Position numbers and translations under genes: made by a program | The notes under the pieces: generated by a model | Seen by the model: only the letters and a program-made list of their open reading frames with translations | Databases searched by the model: none | Told to the model about the DNA's origin: nothing | Assembly (NCBI GenBank): GCA_042408215.1 | Contig: JAYFMW010000030.1 | Location: 320,001-384,000, forward strand | Length of the DNA: 64,000 nucleotides | Origin: Microcoleus sp. | GTDB taxonomy: Bacteria; Cyanobacteriota; Cyanobacteriia; Cyanobacteriales; Microcoleaceae | Reading direction: 5' to 3' | Shown here: one piece after another, positions 54,001 through 63,026 of the stretch | Numbering within the stretch: the stretch's first letter is position 1 | How the letters are laid out: the number at the start of each line of letters is the position of its first letter

Positions 54001-56383
54001 TGGCTTTTGGGAAACAGACGACCAGCCAGAAGAATCAGACTCTGCACAACTAGAAGGCATGGATCTTTCCGACTTGTTTGACACCACAGAAGCGAGTTCA
54101 GAGAAAGACGAAGGCAATTTTGACGAATTAGAAGCGCTGTTGATAGCAGATGGGTCTGGGGCTGCAATAGACCGCTCTGAGGAAGCAAAAACGATTCCTG
54201 TCAGTAGCCAAATCTTCTCAGAACTCGAAGAATTGTTGAGCGAGAGGGAAACAATGCCCGAAATCCACGAGCAAGCACCGAAAACTCCAAGCAGAACTGA
54301 GGCTGCTGGGGAAAATCAGAATGACGACAATTTCGAGGATTTAGAAAAACTACTAGAAGATACGCCAGATGACCGCAGCCGCCAAGGCGAAAGCAACATC
54401 GTGCAGTCTGCTGTCAAGAGGCGCAGTCCCCGTGCCGGCGGCTTCGGCGACCAGACGATGCGGGTGCCGGTCAAGCAGCTAGACAACCTCAGTAATTTGA
54501 TGGGGGAACTGGTGGTGAACCGCAACAGCTTGGAACAAGACCAAGAACGGATGCGGCAGTTTTTGGACAATTTGCTGCACCAAGTTACTCTATTGAGCGA
54601 TGTCAGCCAACGGACTCAGGATTTCTACGAGCGGAGTCTTTTGGAAATTGCTTTGCTCGCCAACCGTCAGGGACATCGATCGCTGTGGCGATCGGAAGAA
54701 TCATCGCACCACCGGGAAAGTGCCTGGAGACCAGAAGAAATGGACAGATTTACCCCCTTCCACAGTCTGGCTCAAGAGATTATTGAGTTGATTGTCCGAG
54801 TGCGGGAGTCAGCGGCAGATATCGAGTTTTTGGTGGATGAAGCGGATCAGGTAACTCGCCAATTGCGGCAAGTCACAACTCAACTGCAAGAAGGTTTGAC
54901 GAAGGCTCGGATGAAACCTTTTGCAGAAACGACTGACAGGCTGTTCCGGGCTGTGCGGGAAATTGGGATTAAGTGTGGGAAACAGGCTCAGTTGCAGGTT
55001 GAGGGTAAGGAAATATTGATCGACAAAATGATTGTGGATCAACTTTATGACCCGATGACTCACTTGGTGAATAATGCGATTACTCACGGGATTGAACCGC
55101 CAGAAGTGCGTCTGGCTGCTGGTAAGCCAGCGATAGGTAGAATTACGATTCGGGCTTTCCACCAAGGTAATCAGACGGTGATTTCGGTGTCTGATGATGG
55201 GGCCGGAATTGATCCACAAAAAGTGAAGGCGAAGGCGATTAAGCAGGGTTTGTTGACGGCTGCTCAGGCTCAGCGGATGTCTCGCTCGGAAGTATACGAT
55301 TTACTGTTCAAACCCGGTTTCAGCACGCAAGAACAAGCTACAGAATTTTCGGGGCGGGGAGTTGGTATGGATGTCGTACTGACTTCTTTGCAGGAGATTC
55401 GGGGTACTGTGGGGACTGATTCTACTATCGGTAAGGGGACTGTGTTTACGATTCGCTTACCTCTGGTATTGAGCATTTCTAAGGCTCTCTGCTGTATTAG
55501 CGATCGAGCACGCATTGCTTTCCCGATGGACGGCGTAGAGGACATGATTGATGTGCCACGGGATCAAGTGACTACAGGTGCTGATGGCCAGCCTTGTATT
55601 GAGTGGCGAGGCTCGACTCTGCCTTTCCGGCCACTGCGCGAATTGCTGGCTTACCACCGCCATCTGGGCCGGGGCAGTGTTTATGGGTTTAATACTGACG
55701 ATGATATGATTTCGGTGATTGTGTTGCGATCGGCTGGTAATTTCTTGGCGGTACAAGTCGATCAGGTTTCCACAGAACAGGAAATCGTGATTAAGCAGTT
55801 GGAAGGGCCTGTCCCTAAGCCCCTGGGAATTGCTGGGGCTACGGTGCTTGGGGATGGCCGGATTGTGGCGATCGCAGATGTTCTGGAACTGATTGATTTG
55901 GCTACAGGGAAGTTGCGGAAGGATACACCGGGTACTCTTTGGGATGAGGGCGAGCGGGCCCCTGTGGAGCAGATCGAGGAAAAGGCTGAGCCCACAGTGT
56001 TGATTGTGGATGATTCCATTACGGTGCGATCGCTGCTGTCGATTACCTTTGAAAAAGCGGGCTACCGAGTTGAAGAGGCTCGCGACGGTAAAGAAGCATG
56101 GGAAAAAATGAAATCCGGTTTACCATGCGATATCGTGTTCTGCGATATTGAGATGCCGAGAATGGATGGTTTAGAGTTGCTTTCTCGGATGCAGAAAGAT
56201 CCGGTTTTGTGTGAATTGCCGATCGCGATGCTAACAAGTCGCGGAGCAGACAGACATCGCCAAATGGCATACGGTTTGGGCGCGAAAGGCTATTTCACTA
56301 AGCCTTATTTGGAGGAGCAGTTGATGGATGCTGCTTCTCGGATGCTCAAAGGTGAAGTTGTCGGGGCTCCGGTTGTTGTTTAA
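51017..56383 (+). CDS. hmpE: CheA-like hybrid kinase (Hpt, long acidic linker, HATPase, CheW, REC; HmpE/PilL)
   Basis: FRAAHSVKGGA, HLVNNAITHGIE, SGRGVGMDVV, VLIVDDS...DIEMPRMDG. Confidence 0.93.
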   Translation: MQPEQQQRIMGYFIEEAKDHLNTIEQGLLNLQATIEDPELVNEVFRAAHSVKGGAAMLGLTSIQQTAHRLEDSFKVLKECSVKVDQQLESLFLRIFDTLQGLLEQLSGPFGLTEELGEQMVRELEPVFEELNGHLGGLTGLCGQDLEEGNHQPIPPQDFRQDMAGREAGTRDSSNSFVDASAGYTSRYTDSIEEDSPLHLVFDSDVPARMREMLQAFKQPEGVQSRRLLKSICRNLKIAGEEFELPHWTVLIEAVEQAIANPENTYPTLAPTIIRDIKQAQELVLSGQEVKIAVGAKLQSLLPVEQEPETDFEDLLAFAQPRTREANQGATEDVDLYFRNITSPRASEQMMPTISGLSIDELFDKLDSGDGNDYNSGKSPQFDNSPGFGESEIEIGSFRGSTRMGPEVGAAELHTLADLFEGDSPELDHAWEEAEDLDYGASSRMSTEGMLSSDDDDSSGDFTDLLFDEYSTKNSEAKAQPPIDDLTSLFGEEFLLLEIGNSAATTSREELDFREPIAGKQPAKNNQPREFDRQSRNSHSFNDQPEEDSLGTLLDEVAAQSSTTTQNNRDLDQFLGDLGSSEFAEEELTDTSEYLPDLELDTFDRESNEPFEQNGGSQNYGWDAEAALNLLEIEDSSSLSTSGDESDFSDLLDISSGFLTAENQPQKLRNDRDPTARHPEKVAIDNSLKIKLDPELEASLDPNWLESAFGLEDESNFQTNLELDGADLDALFGSITSDPISSDRDSQPALKLPLTGPTSQEAADLAELFDSIPIGTEGYESEEESVISGELGKDWLNFESDAESPNVELKLQDDDLESLFSGPEVENSDEQLENLEIVELESLSDRRGSETSTAAADESSAFDFLEEMFSEIPSLLTDSERRDIEDKTSPTEEFSTEHPTGLIDWSSGDLTDRIQTDTMNLDEGDDDLFDALETEDAGGELENFLTEPDEQLGGDLDLWSGLETGATFNGQKLESFDELLDSIDAQALVTAELSTGFWETDDQPEESDSAQLEGMDLSDLFDTTEASSEKDEGNFDELEALLIADGSGAAIDRSEEAKTIPVSSQIFSELEELLSERETMPEIHEQAPKTPSRTEAAGENQNDDNFEDLEKLLEDTPDDRSRQGESNIVQSAVKRRSPRAGGFGDQTMRVPVKQLDNLSNLMGELVVNRNSLEQDQERMRQFLDNLLHQVTLLSDVSQRTQDFYERSLLEIALLANRQGHRSLWRSEESSHHRESAWRPEEMDRFTPFHSLAQEIIELIVRVRESAADIEFLVDEADQVTRQLRQVTTQLQEGLTKARMKPFAETTDRLFRAVREIGIKCGKQAQLQVEGKEILIDKMIVDQLYDPMTHLVNNAITHGIEPPEVRLAAGKPAIGRITIRAFHQGNQTVISVSDDGAGIDPQKVKAKAIKQGLLTAAQAQRMSRSEVYDLLFKPGFSTQEQATEFSGRGVGMDVVLTSLQEIRGTVGTDSTIGKGTVFTIRLPLVLSISKALCCISDRARIAFPMDGVEDMIDVPRDQVTTGADGQPCIEWRGSTLPFRPLRELLAYHRHLGRGSVYGFNTDDDMISVIVLRSAGNFLAVQVDQVSTEQEIVIKQLEGPVPKPLGIAGATVLGDGRIVAIADVLELIDLATGKLRKDTPGTLWDEGERAPVEQIEEKAEPTVLIVDDSITVRSLLSITFEKAGYRVEEARDGKEAWEKMKSGLPCDIVFCDIEMPRMDGLELLSRMQKDPVLCELPIAMLTSRGADRHRQMAYGLGAKGYFTKPYLEEQLMDAASRMLKGEVVGAPVVV

Positions 56384-56710
56384 TACAGCGTATTCCAGGT
56401 TTATGAAGTGTAGTAGGGACCAGGCCATGCCCTTCTTAGTGTCAACTTAAGACTGAAAGCCTTGAGAAATCTCGTTCACAGCCGAGTCTAGATCCCCCTC
56501 GCATCCCCCTTAAGAAGGGGAGTAGGGGGTGACTTTGAGAAGAATCTTGTCCCCCCCTTCTTAAGGGGGGCTAGGGGGGATCGAAGTTTAATAGTTAAAC
56601 AGCAGTCTCTGACTGGGTTTGAAGTTAAGTTGACACAAAGAAGGGCACGCTTGAGTGTCCCTAGGGGGATCGATAGGCGGGTGTACTTCATAAACGTGGA
56701 ATCTGCTGTA
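56384..56710. mobile_element. Multi-layer nested MITE/REP structure
   Basis: Outer IR TACAGCGTATTCCAGGTTTATGAAGT / ACTTCATAAACGTGGAATCTGCTGTA; REP-like layer; TGTCAACTTAA / TTAAGTTGACAC layer; CCCCCTTAAGAAGGGG core. Confidence 0.8.
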
Positions 56711-57031
56711 TCTAATTCAACTGCGATTATCTGCGTTGATCTGCGGTTAAAAAAGGGGGATTTTTAACCGCAGATAGTATTTTTTCAGTATTTTGTCAAA
56801 GAGGTGGATTGCCGCGGATTAACGCAGATTTGGATATTCATCAGCGTTAATCAGCGTTATCTGTCTTTATCTGCGGTTAAAACAGAGGATTTTCTGGGTA
56901 GCAGATAGTATTTTTGCAGTATTTTGTCAAAGAGGTGGATTGACGGGGATTAACGCAGATGTTCGATCGCCCGTTGGGTTTTGGTGGTACGCTGGTCAAG
57001 TGGGGTATAGCGAGAAGGCGATCGGTTATTT

Positions 57032-58303
57032 ATGGACACTGAAGAACTTTTAGAAAAATACGCAGCCGGACAACGGGATTTTCGGGGATCGCAGTTAAGT
57101 GGGATAGACCTCAAAGGAGCCAACCTGAGTGGCATAGACCTATACAATGCAAATTTGACGGGATCTGAGTTGAACAATGCAAATCTGAACAATGCAAACC
57201 TCCAAGGAGCAAACTTCAGTAGAGCAACCCTGCTAGGAGCCAACTTAAGTGGGGCCTATGGTAATGCCAACTTCAGTTTGGCAGACCTCAGCGGTGCTGA
57301 CTTGAGTATGGCAAACCTCAGTAAGGCAGATTTGAGTAATACTAAGCTGAACAATGCCAACCTGAGTGGTGCTCAATTAATCTCTGTATTGTTAACTAAA
57401 GCCACCTTGAAGAACGCAAATTTGAATAGAGCAAATCTGAGCAATTCAAATTTGACTGGTGCAAACTTGACAGGAGCAGAAATGAGTCAAGTGAAGTTAG
57501 AGGGTGCTAGTCTCGAAGATTCCAATCTCCAGAAAGCCAAACTCCGAGGAGTCAATCTGTCAGCATTGAACTTATCAGGGGTGAATCTGGCTGAGGCGGA
57601 TCTTAGTGCAGCAAATCTCACAGGAACTAATTTGCAAAAAGCCGATCTGGAAGGGACAAATCTCGAAAGAGCGAGTCTTCAAAAAGCAAATTTGATTAGG
57701 GCAAATTTGGAGGATTCCAACTTTCAGAAAGCCGACTTGACAGATGCTCAAAGCTATGGTTGGAATATCAAAAATGCCGACTTCACTGGTGCGACAATGC
57801 CCGATGGAGAAATCTACGAGCCCGTAGGCGATCGAAGAGGCTCCGAGCGCCAAATCGACAGCAAACAAATTTCTCAACAAGCGTCTAGTATGTTGTCGAA
57901 GAGAGTGACATCTATGACGCGCAAAATTATTCGTACTGACAAAGCTCCGGCACCCGTTGGCCCTTACAATCAAGCGATCGTCGCTACGGGTAATATGATG
58001 TTTGTAGCTGGCCAAATTGCGATCGACCTGAGACTAAACAATATTGTCTACACTGACGATGTGGCTAAACAAACACAACAAGTTATGGCAAATCTCGAAG
58101 CCATTTTAACAGAAGCTGGCGCGACTTGGTTAGATGTGGTGAAAACTACGATTTTTCTTAAGGATATGAATGATTTCGCTGCTGTGAATGCGGTTTATGC
58201 CAAGTATTTTGATGCGGAAACTGCACCGGCGCGCGCTTGTGTGGAGGTTTCGCGTTTACCGAAAGATGTGTTAGTTGAAATTGATTGTATTGCTGTGATT
58301 TGA
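57032..58303 (+). CDS. Pentapeptide-repeat protein fused to a RidA/YjgF domain
   Basis: A(N/D)LxG repeats, GATMPDG, then APAPVGPYNQA...PARACVEVSRLPKDVLVEIDCIA. Confidence 0.9.
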   Translation: MDTEELLEKYAAGQRDFRGSQLSGIDLKGANLSGIDLYNANLTGSELNNANLNNANLQGANFSRATLLGANLSGAYGNANFSLADLSGADLSMANLSKADLSNTKLNNANLSGAQLISVLLTKATLKNANLNRANLSNSNLTGANLTGAEMSQVKLEGASLEDSNLQKAKLRGVNLSALNLSGVNLAEADLSAANLTGTNLQKADLEGTNLERASLQKANLIRANLEDSNFQKADLTDAQSYGWNIKNADFTGATMPDGEIYEPVGDRRGSERQIDSKQISQQASSMLSKRVTSMTRKIIRTDKAPAPVGPYNQAIVATGNMMFVAGQIAIDLRLNNIVYTDDVAKQTQQVMANLEAILTEAGATWLDVVKTTIFLKDMNDFAAVNAVYAKYFDAETAPARACVEVSRLPKDVLVEIDCIAVI

Positions 58304-58722
58304 TTTCATGTTTTGAGTTAAAGTTCTCTTTTTAACCGCCGATAGTATTTTTTCAAAGAGTGGATTGACGCGGATTAACGCAGATGAATGAGCGCCCGTT
58401 GGGTTTTGATGGTACTTTGGCTTTTTTGGCTCGTTTTGAGCCGGAAGAATTAGTTTTATTGAACCGCGAAGACGCGAAGGACACGAAGGAAGAAGAATGA
58501 AGAGGAAGGAAGAAGTGGATGGTCTTTTATCGGGAAGGGTGTCCTACTTTGTCTGCGTTAATCAGCGTTATCTGTCTTTATCTGCGGTGAAAAAAGGGGA
58601 TTTTCTGGTAGCAGATAGTAGTTTTTTAAAGAGTGGATTGACGCGGCTTGACTCAGATGAGCGCGTGTTGGGTTTTGGTGGTAGGCTGGGAATGTACGGT
58701 GTAGCGGAGGGCGGGGTTATTT

Positions 58723-59946
58723 ATGGATGCTGAAGAACTTTTAGAAAGATACGCTAAAGGTGAACGACAATTTCATTCAGCTATGCTCAGAGGCGTAGAC
58801 CTCAAAGGTGCTGATTTAAGTAGGATAGACTTAAGCTCTGCAAACTTGACAGCAGCAGAGTTGAATGAGGCCAACCTAACGGGAGCAACGCTTAGTAGTA
58901 CAAACCTCACCAAGGCATCTCTGAAAGGTGCAAATTTGAGCGGGTTAGTAGCAGCTTCTGCTGCAAACTTCACTGATGCAGATTTGTGCGGTGCTGATTT
59001 GAGTAAAGCCAATTTGAATTCTGCTAATTTTAGTAATGCCAACTTCCATGAAGCAAACCTAAGTGATGCCCAACTAATTGGTGCAAACTTCACTGAAGCA
59101 TCCTTGATTGAAGTGTGTTTGAGTAGAGCTAAACTCAACAGCGCAAATTTCACTAAAGCAAACTTGACTGAAGCAGACTTAAGTCGGGCAGATATAACTA
59201 GCATAAAAATCAAAGATACTAATCTTCAGGGAGCCAAGCTGCGCGGTGTCAATTGGTCTCAAAAGGACTTGTCGGGTATCAATCTAGCAGAAGCCGATTT
59301 AGCTGGAGCCGAATTGATAGCAATAAATCTGAGAAACGCTTGTTTGCGGGGTGCAAATTTAGAAAGAACAGGTCTTCAAGGAGCTAATTTGATGCAAGCA
59401 AATGTGGAGGGAGCAAACTTTTGGAAAGCCGACTTGACTGATGCTAAAATCTATGGTTGGAATATTAAAAATGCAGACTTCACTGGTACAATCATGCCCG
59501 ATGGAGAATTTTACAAACCGCAAACCAATCAACAAGAATCTCAACAAGTAAAAGCTATGACGCGCAAAATTATTCGTACTGACAAAGCTCCGGCACCGGT
59601 GGGCCCTTACAATCAAGCGATCGCCGCTACGGGCACTATGCTGTTTGTAGCTGGCCAAATTGCGATCGACCTTAGACTAAACAATATTGTCTACACTGAC
59701 GATGTGGCTAAACAAACCGAACAAGTTATGGCAAATCTCGAAGCTATTCTGACAGAAGCTGGCGCGACTTGGTTAGATGTCGTGAAAACTACGGTTTTTC
59801 TTAAGGATATGAATGATTTCGCCGCTGTTAATGCGGTTTATGCGAAGTATTTTGATGCGGAAACTGCACCGGCGCGGGCTTGTGTTGAGGTTTCGCGTTT
59901 ACCGAAGGATGTGTTAGTTGAAATTGATTGTATTGCTGTGATTTAA
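58723..59946 (+). CDS. Pentapeptide-repeat protein fused to a RidA/YjgF domain (paralogue)
   Basis: Same architecture as 57032..58303. Confidence 0.9.
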   Translation: MDAEELLERYAKGERQFHSAMLRGVDLKGADLSRIDLSSANLTAAELNEANLTGATLSSTNLTKASLKGANLSGLVAASAANFTDADLCGADLSKANLNSANFSNANFHEANLSDAQLIGANFTEASLIEVCLSRAKLNSANFTKANLTEADLSRADITSIKIKDTNLQGAKLRGVNWSQKDLSGINLAEADLAGAELIAINLRNACLRGANLERTGLQGANLMQANVEGANFWKADLTDAKIYGWNIKNADFTGTIMPDGEFYKPQTNQQESQQVKAMTRKIIRTDKAPAPVGPYNQAIAATGTMLFVAGQIAIDLRLNNIVYTDDVAKQTEQVMANLEAILTEAGATWLDVVKTTVFLKDMNDFAAVNAVYAKYFDAETAPARACVEVSRLPKDVLVEIDCIAVI

Positions 59947-59961
59947 ATTCAGCAATAAAAC

Positions 59962-60268
59962 TCGGCGGTTGAAACCGCGTCTACACAAACAATGTCCGCC
60001 TCCGCGGACTAAGAGTAAAAGCGATCTCCTTAAATTGGGCAAAGTTTCGCAGGCGATCGCCCGTTTGAGGCAGCGGTTTACCTGAGTAGTCGTAGTGTTC
60101 TGCTAGGATACTCGTGAGAGCACCTGTATGGGAAAGCAATCTATCCTCCCATCCAGGGGAAGAAAGCGATTCTGTTTTGAAAATAATCAACCATTTTGGC
60201 ATTGATTTATATTTTCTTCAGTCCGCGTAGGCGGACTTCGTTTGTGTAGACGCGGTTTCAACCGCCGA
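59962..60268. mobile_element. Long inverted-repeat element enclosing a gene fragment
   Basis: ~52-bp arms TCGGCGGTTGAAACCGCGTCTACACAAAC...CGCGGACT and its near reverse complement at 60215-60268. Confidence 0.8.
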
Positions 60269-60480
60269 ATGATACTGAGGGGAAAGTGCGCGAATGTATT
60301 AACTTCTACAGCCGATCGCATTTGACCTGTCGCTGTCGCGCACTCTACTCCAAAATCTATCTGAAATCCTCAGATTTAAGCTCAATTAGCAATTAGAATT
60401 TACTACTAATTACTAATTATCTGTTGCCAATTAGCAATTAGCAATTACTCCAAAAGCAATTACCAATTACCAACTGTCAA

Positions 60481-62634
60481 CTATTTATTCAACGCTTCGC
60501 GGGCGGCTACCGCTTCGTCGGGATGAATATTCAATCGGGTCAAGTTGATCCGACCTTTGTTGTCAATTTCTCGCACTTTGACAATCACTTCATCGTTGAC
60601 AGCTAACTCGTCTTCCACTTTTCCGACGCGGTAGTCGGCTAGCTGGGAAATGTGAATCATTCCTTCTTTTCCTGGCAAAATCTCTACGAAAGCGCCGATC
60701 GGAATAATTCGGGTAACGTGACCAACATACACGTCTCCTGCATTTAACTTGCGTGTCATGCCTTGGATAATGCTGTAAGCCCGCTGGGCTTTTTCGCCGT
60801 CGTTGCCGGCAATTGTCACTGTTCCGTCGTCTTCGATGTCGATTTTGACACCGGTTTCTTCGGTGATGGCTTTGATTGTTTTGCCGCCTGGCCCAATTAC
60901 TAAACCGATGAATTCGGGGTCGATTTTCAGGGTTAGCAAGCGCGGTGCAAAGGGTGACATTTCCTTGCGGGGAGTGTCGATGGTTGCCAGCATTTTTTGT
61001 AAAATGTGCAGTCTGGCTGGTTTTGCTTGGCGGATGGCGTTGGCTATCACGTCTAAGGGTAAACCTTTGATTTTCATGTCCATCTGCAAAGCGGTAATGC
61101 CGGTGTCGGTACCTGCTACTTTGAAGTCCATGTCGCCTAAGAAGTCTTCAATTGCCTGAATGTCGGTCAAAATTCGTACTTCGTCGCCTTCTTTAATTAA
61201 TCCCATTGCCGCGCCGCTGACGGGTTGGGACAGGGGTACGCCTGCATCCATTAATGCTAGCGTTGAGGCGCAAACGGAACCCATTGATGTGGAACCGTCT
61301 GAGGAAAGGACTTCTGAGACTACCCGAATCACGTAGGGGAAGTCTTCTTTGGATGGCAACACGGGGAGTAAAGCTCTTTCTGCGAGGGCTCCGTGACCGA
61401 TTTCTCGCCGTCCTGGCGATCGCATTGGCTTGGTTTCTCCCACGGAAAATGGCGGGAAATTGTAGTGGTGCAGGTAGCGTTTGTCTTGCTGTGGGTGCAA
61501 GTCGTCTCCTAGGTCTTGGGCATCGCCTGGGGTTCCCAGGGTGGCTGCGGACAAGACTTGGGTTAACCCCCGATTAAACAACGCACTGCCGTGTACTCGC
61601 GACGGGAGCACCCCTACGCGACAAGAAACGGGTCGCACCTCGTCTAGCTTGCGGCCGTCTACACGGACGCCATCTTCGACGATTTGCTTGCGCATCATTG
61701 TTTTGGTGACGTCCTTGAAAACGTTGTCGATCGCCTTGCTGTTGGCGGTGGCGGCTAGTTTTACTGGGTCGTCTTCTGAGAGTTCGGCGATCGCAGCTTG
61801 GACTGCATTTGCCTTAACTTCGTCTAAAGCTGCATTCCGCTGATTTTTGTCTTGTTCAAATTTCGACAAAATAAAGCGGATTGGGGCACAGGCGCGATCG
61901 CGAATAAAGTTTTCTAGGGTTGAGTCTAGGGATGGCCGTTCTTCCACCACCAAATCTATTCCCAATTCCGCCATAATTTCGCGCTGGGCTTGGATCAAGT
62001 CACAGGCTGCTTCGTAGCCGAAGTCGATCGCCTCGATGATATCCTGTTCGGGCAATTGATTAGCGCTGGCTTCCACCATGATTACTCCATCAGGAGAACC
62101 CGCCACCACTAGATCTAATTCGCCTTCTTTGATTTCGCTGTAGGTGGGGTTGATGATGAAATCATCCCCTACCAAACCGACTCGCACCGCCGCCATCGGC
62201 CCGTAAAACGGCATTCTTGCCAGCAGTATCGCCACTGAAGCGCCCGTCACCGCCAAGACGTCTGGGGGGACTTGTTCGTCCATCGACAGCGTTGTCGCTA
62301 CAACTTGGATGTCGTCTCTGAGCCAGCTCGGAAATAGCGGACGCAGGGGGCGATCGATCAAACGACCTGTTAAAGTCACTTTTTCTGGGGGCCGTCCCTC
62401 CCGCCGCAAAAATCCACCGGGAATTTTACCGCCTGCGTACAGTCTCTCTTCGTAATCCACCAACAGGGGTAGGAAATCAATTCCCTCTCTCCCCTGTGAA
62501 CGGGTGGCTGTTACTAAAACCGCCGTCTCACCTGACTGAATCAAAACTGCACCGCCTGCTTGAGGCGCCAGTAAACCAATCTTCAGTCTAATATCCCGTC
62601 CATCAAAGGATATTGACTTGTCTATCTCTACCAT
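60481..62634 (-). CDS. pnp: Polyribonucleotide nucleotidyltransferase
   Basis: [30 protein letters not shown] and S1 domains. Confidence 0.97.
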   Translation of the reverse strand: MVEIDKSISFDGRDIRLKIGLLAPQAGGAVLIQSGETAVLVTATRSQGREGIDFLPLLVDYEERLYAGGKIPGGFLRREGRPPEKVTLTGRLIDRPLRPLFPSWLRDDIQVVATTLSMDEQVPPDVLAVTGASVAILLARMPFYGPMAAVRVGLVGDDFIINPTYSEIKEGELDLVVAGSPDGVIMVEASANQLPEQDIIEAIDFGYEAACDLIQAQREIMAELGIDLVVEERPSLDSTLENFIRDRACAPIRFILSKFEQDKNQRNAALDEVKANAVQAAIAELSEDDPVKLAATANSKAIDNVFKDVTKTMMRKQIVEDGVRVDGRKLDEVRPVSCRVGVLPSRVHGSALFNRGLTQVLSAATLGTPGDAQDLGDDLHPQQDKRYLHHYNFPPFSVGETKPMRSPGRREIGHGALAERALLPVLPSKEDFPYVIRVVSEVLSSDGSTSMGSVCASTLALMDAGVPLSQPVSGAAMGLIKEGDEVRILTDIQAIEDFLGDMDFKVAGTDTGITALQMDMKIKGLPLDVIANAIRQAKPARLHILQKMLATIDTPRKEMSPFAPRLLTLKIDPEFIGLVIGPGGKTIKAITEETGVKIDIEDDGTVTIAGNDGEKAQRAYSIIQGMTRKLNAGDVYVGHVTRIIPIGAFVEILPGKEGMIHISQLADYRVGKVEDELAVNDEVIVKVREIDNKGRINLTRLNIHPDEAVAAREALNK

Positions 62635-63026
62635 GTAGCACTGTTTCCTTATCTACCACATTCTTTCTCTGTCGGGATCGTAGCATTAACCACAGGGGTT
62701 TGAGGGACGAGAGCCAAAAGACAGGGATAATCCCCTGTTCGATCGAGTTTTGGCGCTGAAATTATGAGTAATTATACTCTGTTGTTTAGGTATTGTTGAG
62801 ATGGTCTGGTCGATGGGGCGATCGCCCAATACCTGAAATAGGTGGTACGATTGACTTTCGTTTGGGCCTAGGGCATTGGGCGCAGCGAAGCTCCGGGATG
62901 GGGCATGGGGCATAGGGAATTGGACAATTTTAGATTTTAGATTTTAGATTTTAGATTGATTGGTAATTTAAATCTAACCAATAACTAATAACTAATAACT
63001 TACAACTAATAACTGAGTTAAATAAA

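Noticed and set aside
52594..54570. Multiple Ser-rich antisense ORFs over hmpE
   Set aside because: Shadow frames of the acidic linker.
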